Source of the DNA: Prolixibacteraceae bacterium | Lineage (GTDB): Bacteria; Bacteroidota; Bacteroidia; Bacteroidales; Prolixibacteraceae | Assembly: GCA_041821245.1 (NCBI GenBank) | Contig: JBGUEP010000001.1 | Span: 78,854-142,853, forward strand | Direction of reading: 5' to 3' | DNA length: 64,000 nt | Program-made: the position numbers and the translations under genes | Notes under the pieces: model-generated | The model's database searches: none | What the model saw: the letters and a program-made list of their open reading frames with translations, nothing else | Told to the model about the DNA's origin: nothing | Shown here: positions 28,943 through 38,862 of the stretch, piece after piece | How positions within the stretch are numbered: the stretch's first letter is position 1 | Layout: every line of letters starts with the position of its first letter

Positions 28943-30413
28943 AAACGTGCCTGAAAAGTCGATCAGAATTATTCTGTTCTACGGTTTTTCATTTGCATTT
29001 GTATTGCTCAATGCCTGGTTGCTTTTAAAAAAAGATACCATGCTGGGTGTGCTGATACCTGCAGTGCTTGTGATTTTGCTTACTGCAATTTTCGAGTATC
29101 AGAAATTGATTTGGCTCGTTGTTTTTCTAACTCCCTTATCGGTTCCCTTGCATGAGCTTTATTTCGGGCTTCCTGTTGACATGTTTATACCTACCGAACC
29201 CTTATTGTTTGGGATCCTGATTTTGTTTCTTTTTTCATTTTTCAGAGGTAAGCGCATCGATAAAAATATTACCAAACATCCGGTCTCAATAGTCATTTAT
29301 GTCTATTTGGGATGGATGATATTCACCACCTTTTTTAGTACTTTACCTCTTGTTTCAATTAAGTTTGTACTTACACGAATTTGGTATGTTTTAATTTTCT
29401 TTTTTCTAATGACCTACCTGTTCAAAGATCAAAAGAAAATAGAACAATTCGTTTGGTTATATACCATTGCTTTTGTTCCGGTAATTGGATACACCATAAC
29501 CCGACACATCATGTTTGGTTTATACGACGATCAGGTTGCACATTGGGTAATGTCTCCCTTTTTTAACGACCACACTTCGTATGGGGCTGTTCTGGCCATG
29601 TTTATTCCTTTTTTATTGGGTTTATCGTTGGCAAAATGGATGAAACCGAAGCAAAGAATTTGGTTGTGGGCATTATTGCTAATACTTGTTGTGGCCGAAC
29701 TATTGTCTTATACAAGGGCAGCTTGGCTCAGTTTGATCATTTCGTTCGGCGTTTGGGCAATTTTAAAGTTGAAGATTAAATTTAAAACACTCGCCATAAC
29801 GGTCGTATCCATCGTATTGGTTCTGCTTCTTTTTCAGAATCAGATTTTGCAAAAACTGGAGCAGAATTCGACTGATTCATCGGCTAATTTGACGGACCAT
29901 ATCACCTCAATGACGAACATATCCACCGATGCTTCAAATGTGGAAAGGATCAATCGCTGGCAATGTGCCCTTCAAATGTTTAAAGAAAAACCAGTGTTTG
30001 GATGGGGCCCTGGGACTTATGCTTTTAACTATGCTCCTTATCAACTGACGAGTCAACGTACCATCATTAGTACCAATTCAGGCGATGGGGGAAATGCTCA
30101 CAGTGAATATTTTGGATCGCTGGCTGAAGCGGGTTTGTTGGGAATGCTTAATTTTATTGTCTTGATTATTGTGGTGCTTTTTACCGGTGTGACGGCCTAT
30201 TCACGTACCAACGACAAACGGATTAAAACTATTTTAATGTCTGCAATAATGGGTTTGGTGACCTATTACATTCATAGTTTATTAAATAATTTTCTGGATA
30301 CCGATAAAGCTTCTGTACCATTCTGGGGGTTTACCGCCATGATTGTGGCCCTGGACATTTATACGCGCGGGGAGCAAAAGAAAACTCCGACTGAACAACA
30401 GACGGAGTTATAA
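28920..30413 (+). CDS. O-antigen ligase / polymerase family (Wzy_C domain) membrane protein
   Basis: About 12 TM helices with a large loop containing RINRWQCALQMFKEKPVFGWGPGTYAFNY, which is the O-antigen ligase domain signature. Confidence 0.65.
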   Translation: MRLNQLYKNVPEKSIRIILFYGFSFAFVLLNAWLLLKKDTMLGVLIPAVLVILLTAIFEYQKLIWLVVFLTPLSVPLHELYFGLPVDMFIPTEPLLFGILILFLFSFFRGKRIDKNITKHPVSIVIYVYLGWMIFTTFFSTLPLVSIKFVLTRIWYVLIFFFLMTYLFKDQKKIEQFVWLYTIAFVPVIGYTITRHIMFGLYDDQVAHWVMSPFFNDHTSYGAVLAMFIPFLLGLSLAKWMKPKQRIWLWALLLILVVAELLSYTRAAWLSLIISFGVWAILKLKIKFKTLAITVVSIVLVLLLFQNQILQKLEQNSTDSSANLTDHITSMTNISTDASNVERINRWQCALQMFKEKPVFGWGPGTYAFNYAPYQLTSQRTIISTNSGDGGNAHSEYFGSLAEAGLLGMLNFIVLIIVVLFTGVTAYSRTNDKRIKTILMSAIMGLVTYYIHSLLNNFLDTDKASVPFWGFTAMIVALDIYTRGEQKKTPTEQQTEL

Positions 30414-30436
30414 ATAAGTGGTTTTGTATTCTTTTA

Positions 30437-31162
30437 TTAATAGACCAAGGTTCCTATTTTACTTCCAGTAAGTACCTTTTTAAGATTTCCCGGGGTATCC
30501 ATGTCGAAAACAATGATTGGCATGTTATTTTCTTTGCACATGGTAGTAGCCGTGAGATCCATAATTTTTAATCCTAGCTGGTAGACTTCATCGTAGGTAA
30601 TTTTATCAAATTTTTTGGCATTTGGATTTTTTTCCGGATCATCGTCGTAGATACCATCAACACGAGTGCCTTTTAACATAACATCGGCACCAATCTCAAT
30701 GGCACGAAGTGCTGAGGCGGTATCGGTTGTGAAAAAAGGATTGCCTGTACCTGCGGCCATAATGGCCACTTCGCTTTGTTTAAAAGCATCGATCGCTTTT
30801 TGTTTGGAATACATTTCCCCAATGGGTTCCATATTAATGGCGGTGAATAAACGTGCAATGACGCCCTTTTTTTCTAATTCGGATTGAAGGGCAAGACTAT
30901 TAATTACTGTTGCCAACATTCCCATTTGATCGCCTTTTACACGGTCGAAACCCACAGTGGCACCACTTAATCCCCGAAAGATGTTTCCTCCTCCAATCAC
31001 AATTCCCACACGAATTCCTGCGTCAACTATTTCTTTAATTTGAATGGCGTAGCTATTAAGCTGTTTGCTGTCGAGGCCATATCCTTTATCGCCCATTAAT
31101 GACTCGCCTGAGAGTTTTAGCAATATTTTTTTGTACGGAGTAATCATTGATTTATTTTTCAA
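30437..31162 (-). CDS. pyrH: UMP kinase
   Basis: KILLKLSGESLMG...GIVIGGGNIFRG...AIEIGADVMLKGTRVDGIYDDDP is the canonical PyrH sequence pattern. Confidence 0.95.
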   Translation of the reverse strand: MKNKSMITPYKKILLKLSGESLMGDKGYGLDSKQLNSYAIQIKEIVDAGIRVGIVIGGGNIFRGLSGATVGFDRVKGDQMGMLATVINSLALQSELEKKGVIARLFTAINMEPIGEMYSKQKAIDAFKQSEVAIMAAGTGNPFFTTDTASALRAIEIGADVMLKGTRVDGIYDDDPEKNPNAKKFDKITYDEVYQLGLKIMDLTATTMCKENNMPIIVFDMDTPGNLKKVLTGSKIGTLVY

Positions 31163-31294
31163 GTTCTAGGTAAAGATAAAAAATTGAAGCGAATAAATTG
31201 TCTTTGTTAAAGTACTCCTTTCACTTTTTGAGTATTGTTTCAACGTGATTGAGGATAAAAAAAGGCTGTCGTAAATTTGACAGCCTTAATTGGT

Positions 31295-32707
31295 TTATTC
31301 TTTTTCTTCTTTTATTTCAACGGCATCTTGAGTTGTTTCCTGCTCCTTTTGTTTGCCTTTCAAATAGTCGGGCAGTTCCATTCCTGCCATTTTAAATAAG
31401 TCCTCCATTGGAGGAATTGCACCTAACATTCCGGAAAGGAAGTTGGCAGTAGCAGGTGATTTACCATCTTTTCCACTGCTCATGGTATCCCAAACGGTAA
31501 CCTTATCAATTTTAAGGTTTTTCACTGCCTCAACCTGTGTTCTTACCAGTTCTGGCAGTTTATCGGCAATCATCATCATTACCGCACTGTTTGGATCTTT
31601 CGTGGCGCCCACCAATTGTTTGAATCCTTCGGCTTGTTTACTCAAAATTTCATAAATACCTTTTCCTTCAGCTTCCATTTTCATAAAAATAGCATCGGCT
31701 TCACCCTTCGCATGACGGCGGGTTTGTTCTGCGATGGCTTCAGCAGCAATCTCGATTTTTTCTTTATCGATCATGGCTGGAATTACGATGTCGGCTTTTT
31801 GACTTGAGCGGTCTCTTTCAGCACGTGCGTCTTCAGCAAGACGTTCAGCAGCATAGGCTTCCTCCAAGGCTTTGGCCTGAGTTACTTTTTCAGCAGCTAC
31901 AGCTTTTCGTTCGGCTTCGGCTTCGCGCTCTCTACGTGTGGCATTCGAGTTGGCAATGGTAATTTTCGCTGTGTTTTCTCCTTCAACAGCAGTTGCATCG
32001 GCGCTAGCAACCTGAACCCGTTGATCCTGGTGCGCGTTGGCCTCTCCAATAGAACCATCGCGATTTTTTTCGGCAACAGTTTTTTTGGCATCGTTAATGG
32101 CTTTGGCGGCTGCTTCTTTTCCTAATGCTTCAATATAGCCCGATTCATCATTAATATCGGTTACGTTAACGTTGATGAGTTTTAAACCAATTTTTTTCAA
32201 TTCTTGCTCAACATTGCTCGATACAGCTGCTAAAAATTTGTCGCGGTTGCTATTGATTTCTTCAATGTCCATGGTGGCAACCACTAAACGTAATTGACCG
32301 AAAATAATGTCTTTGGCTAAATTACTGATGTCGGTCTGTGTTAAACCCAGCAGACGTTCCGCTGCATTGGTCATGATTCCAGGTTCAGTTGAAATACCAA
32401 CAGTAAACCGTGAAGGTACATCTACACGAATGTTCTGCTTACTCAAAGCATTGGTTAAATTGATTTCGATGGACAGAGGTGTTAAATCCAAAAAGGAATA
32501 ATCCTGAATGATTGGCCAAATAAAAGCCGCACCTCCGTGGATGCACTTGGCCGAAACCGATTCATTGTCGGAGCTATGTCCAACTTTGCCATATACTACT
32601 AAAATACGGTCCGAGGGACAACGTTTGTAACGGCGAAAAAAGGAAATAATTAGAATAAAAACGAAAACTACAGCTACTGCAATTATCATTACAATGTATT
32701 CACCCAT
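31295..32707 (-). CDS. Flotillin-like SPFH/band-7 domain protein
   Basis: N-terminal TM, SPFH domain, then an Ala/Glu-rich coiled coil (TRREREAEAERKAVAAEKVTQAKALEEAYAAERLAEDARAERD). Confidence 0.8.
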   Translation of the reverse strand: MGEYIVMIIAVAVVFVFILIISFFRRYKRCPSDRILVVYGKVGHSSDNESVSAKCIHGGAAFIWPIIQDYSFLDLTPLSIEINLTNALSKQNIRVDVPSRFTVGISTEPGIMTNAAERLLGLTQTDISNLAKDIIFGQLRLVVATMDIEEINSNRDKFLAAVSSNVEQELKKIGLKLINVNVTDINDESGYIEALGKEAAAKAINDAKKTVAEKNRDGSIGEANAHQDQRVQVASADATAVEGENTAKITIANSNATRREREAEAERKAVAAEKVTQAKALEEAYAAERLAEDARAERDRSSQKADIVIPAMIDKEKIEIAAEAIAEQTRRHAKGEADAIFMKMEAEGKGIYEILSKQAEGFKQLVGATKDPNSAVMMMIADKLPELVRTQVEAVKNLKIDKVTVWDTMSSGKDGKSPATANFLSGMLGAIPPMEDLFKMAGMELPDYLKGKQKEQETTQDAVEIKEEKE

Positions 32708-32735
32708 AAGTTTTTAAAATTTGAAGGTTTTTGAT

Positions 32736-33326
32736 TTATTGGCCACTGGCTTTTACCAGTAGAATGTTGTTGTTTATTATTTCGAGTACTTCAACAATGG
32801 CTCCTGTTGGTATAGCATCACCATCGGTCATGGCATCAAGAGTTTGGAATCCTTGCACTTTAATTTGCACCTGACCCATGCCTGCTCTTTTTCCGGGTAT
32901 AGGCAAATATACCGTACCTGTTTTTCCTTTGGCATTGTTTAATACCAGTGTGCCGTCCTCTGCCAGCTTACTCATGTAATACATGATGGTAGCCATGATC
33001 AACATCATCAATAAACCGGAAACGGTTGCGATGACTGATGAAATAAAAGGATGTAGATTGGCATGCAGAGTTAAAATGCCAACCCATCCAAAAATGGTAA
33101 AAAAGGCAATAAGGTTTTTTATGGAAAGGAACTGGAAATCGATTCCTCCATCGCCATCCACCGCCATGTCAGCATTTCCATCTGCTTCGCCACTTTCAAA
33201 ATCACCACCAAAAAAGGTGAGAATCATTTGAATAACAAAAAGAAGAGAAAAAGGAAGTGCTATACACCAAAATATTTTGAGTAGTGTATCCATGGATTCC
33301 CACCAGGTAGAAATATTCATGATCAT
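32736..33326 (-). CDS. NfeD-family (YqiJ-like) membrane protein, partner of the flotillin
   Basis: TM helices plus a C-terminal OB-fold beta-barrel (GKTGTVYLPIPGKRAGMGQVQIKVQG...GAIVEVLEIINNNILLVK). Immediately upstream of the flotillin gene, as in canonical nfeD-floT pairs. Confidence 0.65.
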   Translation of the reverse strand: MIMNISTWWESMDTLLKIFWCIALPFSLLFVIQMILTFFGGDFESGEADGNADMAVDGDGGIDFQFLSIKNLIAFFTIFGWVGILTLHANLHPFISSVIATVSGLLMMLIMATIMYYMSKLAEDGTLVLNNAKGKTGTVYLPIPGKRAGMGQVQIKVQGFQTLDAMTDGDAIPTGAIVEVLEIINNNILLVKASGQ

Positions 33327-33446
33327 AATTTCAAGGTTTAGTTCTATCTAAAAGTATAGATAAACATGCGAAAATTACAGTTGAAGCTTATGTTTTGTAA
33401 AACTTTTTTAAATAATTTGCCAATTCTACGTTTTTCACAAATGTAA

Positions 33447-33484
33447 AAACGGTTTCATGCGAGCTATTGTGCATGAAACCGTTT
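33447..33484. terminator. Hairpin downstream of the minus-strand PLD-family gene
   Basis: Perfect 14 bp stem (aaacggtttcatgc / gcatgaaaccgttt) with a 10-nt loop, about 25 bp after the stop of the gene ending at 33509. The minus-strand transcript would be followed by tttacatttgtgaaaaa. Confidence 0.4.
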
Positions 33485-33508
33485 GCATTTGGCAAAGCCA
33501 ATGTGGTT

Positions 33509-36040
33509 CTATTTTCGTATGAATTGATCGAAATACAAGTTTCCTGAATCATCTTTTATTTCCAGCAAATAGTTGCCTTTTTGCAAGCCAGATACATTCA
33601 CTGTTGATGAAGTGCTCTTTTGTATCAGTGCTCCGTTTAAACTATAAACAGTTAAACCTGAAATGTTGAAATCGGCTTTCACCTGAAGCATATTTTCAAC
33701 AGGGTTTGGATAGATGGTAATGTTGGTTTTTTTGTTTAATGATGTTATTCCATTTGACCCTACGGTTACATAAATGGTTGCAACTGCCGATAGTGAGACA
33801 TCGGTTTGATAGCTAATGCGATATTGAATACTATCTAATCCGGTGAAATCATTTTGAGCCTGATAGGCAATTACGTTGGGATTGGTGAACGGAATGTATG
33901 AACGTCCATTGACAGCTTCTTTTTCAATGGATAAATCAACACTTGATTGAATTTGGTCGTTGTCCAAAACATTGATGGTTACGGTGCCATTTTTTACAAC
34001 GGTAGCTTCGTCGTTTATTGCCATTGGCGCGTTGTCTATTTCAACAAAACTACCTTTATTGTCGGTAAAAATTTTGACAAATTGTTGATAGTAGATATTG
34101 GCAATGGTTTCGTCGTGAACGATCAAGGTGTTTTCATCATTCCGATCATTAGCCGAGGCGCTCCAGTTGTGGCTTCCGGTAATTAGGGTTGGATCGGAAG
34201 AGGGTAAATCCTGATCGATTACAGCATATTTGTGGTGCATGATTCCAGGAACAAATTCGTTGTATACATAGTGTTGAACTCCAATGGCTGCAATAATGGT
34301 TTCGTTAACCAAATCGGTGTTGTTGCCGGCTTGGTTAGTCAGGATATTTACGGCTACGCCTCTTTCTTTGGCATCTCTTATACTGTACGCCAGGTCGGAC
34401 CTGGTGATCAGCATAGTGGCAATGCTCAAATCATGATCGGCACCATTAAGGGCTTCAATCAATTTTTGGTTGGTTCCGTCCGAAGGACTAAAGTAACATT
34501 CAACGCGTTTTCCTCCAATAATAAATTCATGCGGAGTATTGTCCTGTTTGAATAGTCCGTAGCGAGCATTTGCCGCATCCGGAACGTCTGTTTTGGAACC
34601 CCACATTTCAATAAATTCCAATTCGTAGGCCAAGGCTAAACTTTGATCCTGCAGAATAATCACGTTATTGGGATCAGTATTGATCTGCCCGTCGGTAAAA
34701 TTGGTGGCACCGGTCCAAACAACAGGAACGTTGGGATTAGTAGAATGTGCGTCGAAAATCACAAATTTATTGTGCATGATGCCATCGCGGTTGTTGCTGT
34801 CCGGGCTTTTCAAATAAGGTACACCTGCAGCAAGATCGTCGATACCAAAATTGTTGGCCGTTCCGCAGCTAATAATTCGAACTTTTACTCCGCGTACAAA
34901 TGCCGCATTTAGGGCAGTGCTAATGTTGCTGATGTTATCGTTGTTGAAATTGTAAATGGTGAAATCGATGGATTCCTGAGCCCTGTTAATGTAGGCAATC
35001 AATGTATCGTCAATGGCTTTATTGAGGTAAATAGCATCAACTCCTTTAGAAACGGAATGGTCCACTTCGGTATTGAAATAGACCTTGATGTCGCCCGACG
35101 AATTCGATTGAGTGGCGTAGGCATTGATGTTTGATTTTGCTGAATCGATACCCGAAACAGTATATGACCTGGCAAAAATGATTGATCCTGCATTTAGCTT
35201 GCTTAGGTTCACAACATTCAGAAAGTCATCGCCATCGGCTGTAACTGTGCCGACAATTTTTTGGGTTAAGGCTTGATTTTCGTCTTCAAATCCATAGCTT
35301 ACTTCAGCATTTCCAGTGGTATTTGTTCTCCAGCTCAAAGTAAATCCTTCTTTTGTTAAATTTGAAATTGAAATGGGTGATGTAAAATGGATGCTACTTT
35401 CACGAATGAAATCAGCCATTGTGCGGGGCAACAATTGATAGCCGGTTTGGGTATCGTCTGCATTGTATGAAAACTGAGAACAGATGGTCACCAGATCGAT
35501 CATCCCTGACGGTACTATTTGTCCGATAATGCCATCAGAGTCTTTGTTAATTCTAATAACACCGGTTTCTCCATTGGCACTGAAGTTATAATTTTTATTT
35601 CCTTCGAAAACACTACCGGCATTGTCGAATACAACGTTTTTAATTTTAATGAGTTGAGCCTCGTATGCTTCGCCTACTTCACCAATGGTGACTACTTTGG
35701 CCTCATGCAATGGATTTCCACTGGAAATAACGCTTACCGAAGTGAGTGGTGAAATTTCCAAGAGGTTGTTGTAAACCACCAATTTGCCGGTAACAACGAT
35801 AGAGTCTCCGGGAACAACGGCCAACAAGTCGGTGTATCCATATACGGCCAGACCACCGGTTCCGTCTTGAAAATAGCGAATGCCACCCAGCTCCAGACCA
35901 TTGGTTACAATGCCACCAACCGTGATGGTTTGATTCACTTTTAATCGCGCTGTGGCGATGGTCTCCTGTGAAAAGGAATGAAATGACACTATTACAAGTA
36001 TGAATAGTGTAACAATTGAATTCTTCATAATTGATATCAT
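33509..36040 (-). CDS. Secreted phospholipase-D-superfamily enzyme with two HKD motifs (nuclease or phospholipase) and a T9SS C-terminal sorting domain
   Basis: HKD motifs GIMHNKFVIFD...GATNFTDGQ and GIMHHKYAVIDQD...TGSHNWSASAND. Signal peptide present. C-terminal ITIYPNPVENMLQV...GNYLLEI sorting-domain pattern. Confidence 0.7.
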   Translation of the reverse strand: MISIMKNSIVTLFILVIVSFHSFSQETIATARLKVNQTITVGGIVTNGLELGGIRYFQDGTGGLAVYGYTDLLAVVPGDSIVVTGKLVVYNNLLEISPLTSVSVISSGNPLHEAKVVTIGEVGEAYEAQLIKIKNVVFDNAGSVFEGNKNYNFSANGETGVIRINKDSDGIIGQIVPSGMIDLVTICSQFSYNADDTQTGYQLLPRTMADFIRESSIHFTSPISISNLTKEGFTLSWRTNTTGNAEVSYGFEDENQALTQKIVGTVTADGDDFLNVVNLSKLNAGSIIFARSYTVSGIDSAKSNINAYATQSNSSGDIKVYFNTEVDHSVSKGVDAIYLNKAIDDTLIAYINRAQESIDFTIYNFNNDNISNISTALNAAFVRGVKVRIISCGTANNFGIDDLAAGVPYLKSPDSNNRDGIMHNKFVIFDAHSTNPNVPVVWTGATNFTDGQINTDPNNVIILQDQSLALAYELEFIEMWGSKTDVPDAANARYGLFKQDNTPHEFIIGGKRVECYFSPSDGTNQKLIEALNGADHDLSIATMLITRSDLAYSIRDAKERGVAVNILTNQAGNNTDLVNETIIAAIGVQHYVYNEFVPGIMHHKYAVIDQDLPSSDPTLITGSHNWSASANDRNDENTLIVHDETIANIYYQQFVKIFTDNKGSFVEIDNAPMAINDEATVVKNGTVTINVLDNDQIQSSVDLSIEKEAVNGRSYIPFTNPNVIAYQAQNDFTGLDSIQYRISYQTDVSLSAVATIYVTVGSNGITSLNKKTNITIYPNPVENMLQVKADFNISGLTVYSLNGALIQKSTSSTVNVSGLQKGNYLLEIKDDSGNLYFDQFIRK

Positions 36041-36048
36041 CTGTTGTT

Positions 36049-38790
36049 TTAAAATCTAATTCCGATAGAAGTTGAAATGTTGCGTGGTGCTCCAAAAAAT
36101 ACCGTAGCCGATTTTGCATCGAAATCCTGATAGGGTAAGGCACTATATGAATCGTTGTTGACTGCATCCGAAATATATTCGGTATTCAAGGCATTTAACA
36201 CATTCACCCGCCAATTGAAATGCACCTTTTTCATCTTTTTGAATCTGAATTTATAGCCGGCATGCAAATCAACTAGTGTATAGGATGGCAATTTCCATGA
36301 ATCAACAGGATTTCCATCTTCATCGGTTGTTGATTCAGGTGAGAAATCGGCATAATAGCGATCAAAGTAAGTCATCCGTCCACTTAGGTAAAAGTCTTTA
36401 ATGGGTTCGTATCTCAAGGCAAGACCAAATTGTGTTTGTGCTGCATCGCCAACATGGATTCCTGTTGCATCAAAATCAATTTGATGTGTTGGTTGATGAG
36501 TGTCATCGTTATAAAATTGCAAACCTTGAATGGCTTTGTCCCATGTCCAATCTCCAACAGAAAGTAAACCTTGTAAATCCAGATTGTGCAAAATTTTATA
36601 GGCAAAATCAAATTCGATACCCATGTGCAAAGCATCCATTCCCGGCATGTCGGCAAAGGTTCTAATGTTGTTTTTTTCTAAGTCATCGGTATTAAAACCA
36701 ACATCGCCGGGTTTTAAAATATAAGTGGAGTAAACGCGGTTGGTCGGTTTATTTTGCCACTGGGTAAAATAGCCGTTTACATTGGCCGAAAAGCGCGATG
36801 AAGAGTAATGGTAGCCTAATTCAATGGCCTTTACTTTTTCGTTTTCTGTATCGCTGCTCAGTTCAGCGGTATATCCCAGGAAGAAGTATTTGAAATCGCG
36901 AGTTTTTGACAGATAACCCAGGTTGAAGAATACGTTTGAATGTTTGGAAATGTTAAAATTAGCTCCTGTTTTAAAAGTAAAACTAGGTGTAAAAACCCAG
37001 GGCGAATTTAAGTTCCCATAATAGTCTTCTTTTTTATATCCGGTATAAGCTGTACTGATATTGATGAAGGTGGAAATAAAGTCAGTGGTATATTCTGCCT
37101 GTCCAAACAGACCAGCCCATCGCACCAATCCTTTATCGTAAAAATAAACAGTGTCGCCAACATATCGCATTGCTTCCAGTGGAGTTTCAGTGTAATCGAT
37201 TCGACTATCGTTTTGATCAACCGCATAATCTCCGCCAAACAAATCTTTAATTGTTTGATAATGAGTTCCATTATAATACCTGGCGTCGACACCACCTGAA
37301 ATGGTTAGCATGTCGTTCACTTTATAGGTTCCTGTTCCCAAATAACCCACCCAGAAGTGATCGTTATTTGATCGCACTAAATAATTATCTGATTCATAAA
37401 GTGAATCACTATAATCATCGTTAATGGGTGGAATATATCCAAATGCTGTTTTGGTGGGTTTACTATTGGTATCGTATATTTTTTGCCAATTGATCTGGCC
37501 GTAATCGTCCCTTGTTGGATCACTCACCAATTGCGTTTCTTTGATACTTGAACGGGTTCCATCGCCCCCTCCTGTTCCGATTGACATGTAAAGAATGTTG
37601 GAAATGGAGAACTGATCACCAATGCTCCAAAAATCGCGGATACTAAATTGAGGTTTGTGATAAACATTAACTTTTTCATGAACAACTTCACGGGGAGCAT
37701 TTTCGTCATAGCGGTTGCGGTTTACGTATCCCCAATGTTGATTGTATCCAATACCTAAATTATTAATTGGTGTGAATTGCTCAACGCCTAATTCCTTTGC
37801 ATAGTCAGTGTCGTATTTGCCAATTGATCGTTTATACGACCGTTGTGAATGCTCCTGTGGAGCCCCCATGGCACTCATTGATGTGACGTGGTTTTTCCAA
37901 CGTTTGTCTATTTTAAGGTAATAGAAAAAACCTTCTGTGTACAATTGATCGACCCATCCTTTTCCATTCTTATAAGCGAAAGCACCGGTAATTCCCCATC
38001 CATGGTTCAACATTCCGGTGGTAAAACCAACGCTGGTTTGTACTTTACCATATTGATCAATGGATTGATCGATGTTGTTTTCCGCTTTACTTTCTACTCC
38101 TTTGGTAATGATATTTAGAGTGCCTCCCACTGAAGGCAGAGCCAATTTTGAAGCACTTAATCCACGTTGTACCTGAATGTTGCGGGTTACGCCGTCAAGA
38201 CCAAACCAATTGCTCCAGTATACCCAACCGTTTTCCATATCATTTACAGGAATTCCGTCGAGCATTACAGCTACATTTCTTTGGTTAAATCCACGAATGG
38301 TAATTCGGGCATCACCGTCTCCACCGCCCTGTGCTGTGGCATATACTCCCGGTGTTGAATTTAAAATCATGGGGATATCCTGTCCGGATAATTCTTCCTG
38401 AATTTTGGCTGGTAATATATTGGTAAAGGCAACAGGTGTTTCCCTGTTTTTGGCTATGTCTGATGTGATTAAAACCTCATCTATTAGTAGGTCTGGCGTT
38501 AGAGAGAAGTCCAGATAAAGGGTTTTTATGTCTACGATGATGGATTGTTCGATGGTTTTATACCCTACATAAGAGACCTGCAATTCATAAGTTCCTTTTT
38601 GAAGTTTAAAACTATAATTTCCATCCAGATCGGATACAGTGCCTATTGTGGTGCCTTTGACCAAAATGTTTGCTCCAATAAGGGTTTCACCGCTATTGAT
38701 ATCTTTAATCGTTCCGTTAATTAAGGTCTGTCCAAAAGCAAAATAGTGGAAGAAAACCATCAGGATGAATGATGTGATTTTAAGTCTCAT
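36049..38790 (-). CDS. TonB-dependent receptor with carboxypeptidase-regulatory-like N-terminal domain
   Basis: CarbopepD_reg (GTIKDINSGETLIGANILVKGTTIGTVSDLDGNYSF), a plug region, and a beta-barrel ending ...TSIGIRF. The start sits 8 bp past the end of the PLD-family gene, so the two are probably co-transcribed. Confidence 0.8.
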   Translation of the reverse strand: MRLKITSFILMVFFHYFAFGQTLINGTIKDINSGETLIGANILVKGTTIGTVSDLDGNYSFKLQKGTYELQVSYVGYKTIEQSIIVDIKTLYLDFSLTPDLLIDEVLITSDIAKNRETPVAFTNILPAKIQEELSGQDIPMILNSTPGVYATAQGGGDGDARITIRGFNQRNVAVMLDGIPVNDMENGWVYWSNWFGLDGVTRNIQVQRGLSASKLALPSVGGTLNIITKGVESKAENNIDQSIDQYGKVQTSVGFTTGMLNHGWGITGAFAYKNGKGWVDQLYTEGFFYYLKIDKRWKNHVTSMSAMGAPQEHSQRSYKRSIGKYDTDYAKELGVEQFTPINNLGIGYNQHWGYVNRNRYDENAPREVVHEKVNVYHKPQFSIRDFWSIGDQFSISNILYMSIGTGGGDGTRSSIKETQLVSDPTRDDYGQINWQKIYDTNSKPTKTAFGYIPPINDDYSDSLYESDNYLVRSNNDHFWVGYLGTGTYKVNDMLTISGGVDARYYNGTHYQTIKDLFGGDYAVDQNDSRIDYTETPLEAMRYVGDTVYFYDKGLVRWAGLFGQAEYTTDFISTFINISTAYTGYKKEDYYGNLNSPWVFTPSFTFKTGANFNISKHSNVFFNLGYLSKTRDFKYFFLGYTAELSSDTENEKVKAIELGYHYSSSRFSANVNGYFTQWQNKPTNRVYSTYILKPGDVGFNTDDLEKNNIRTFADMPGMDALHMGIEFDFAYKILHNLDLQGLLSVGDWTWDKAIQGLQFYNDDTHQPTHQIDFDATGIHVGDAAQTQFGLALRYEPIKDFYLSGRMTYFDRYYADFSPESTTDEDGNPVDSWKLPSYTLVDLHAGYKFRFKKMKKVHFNWRVNVLNALNTEYISDAVNNDSYSALPYQDFDAKSATVFFGAPRNISTSIGIRF

Positions 38791-38862
38791 TTTTTAGTTG
38801 TTACGGCATAAGACAAAAACAGGTACTCAGATGAGTACCTGTATAAAAATTATGTTGTTTTG

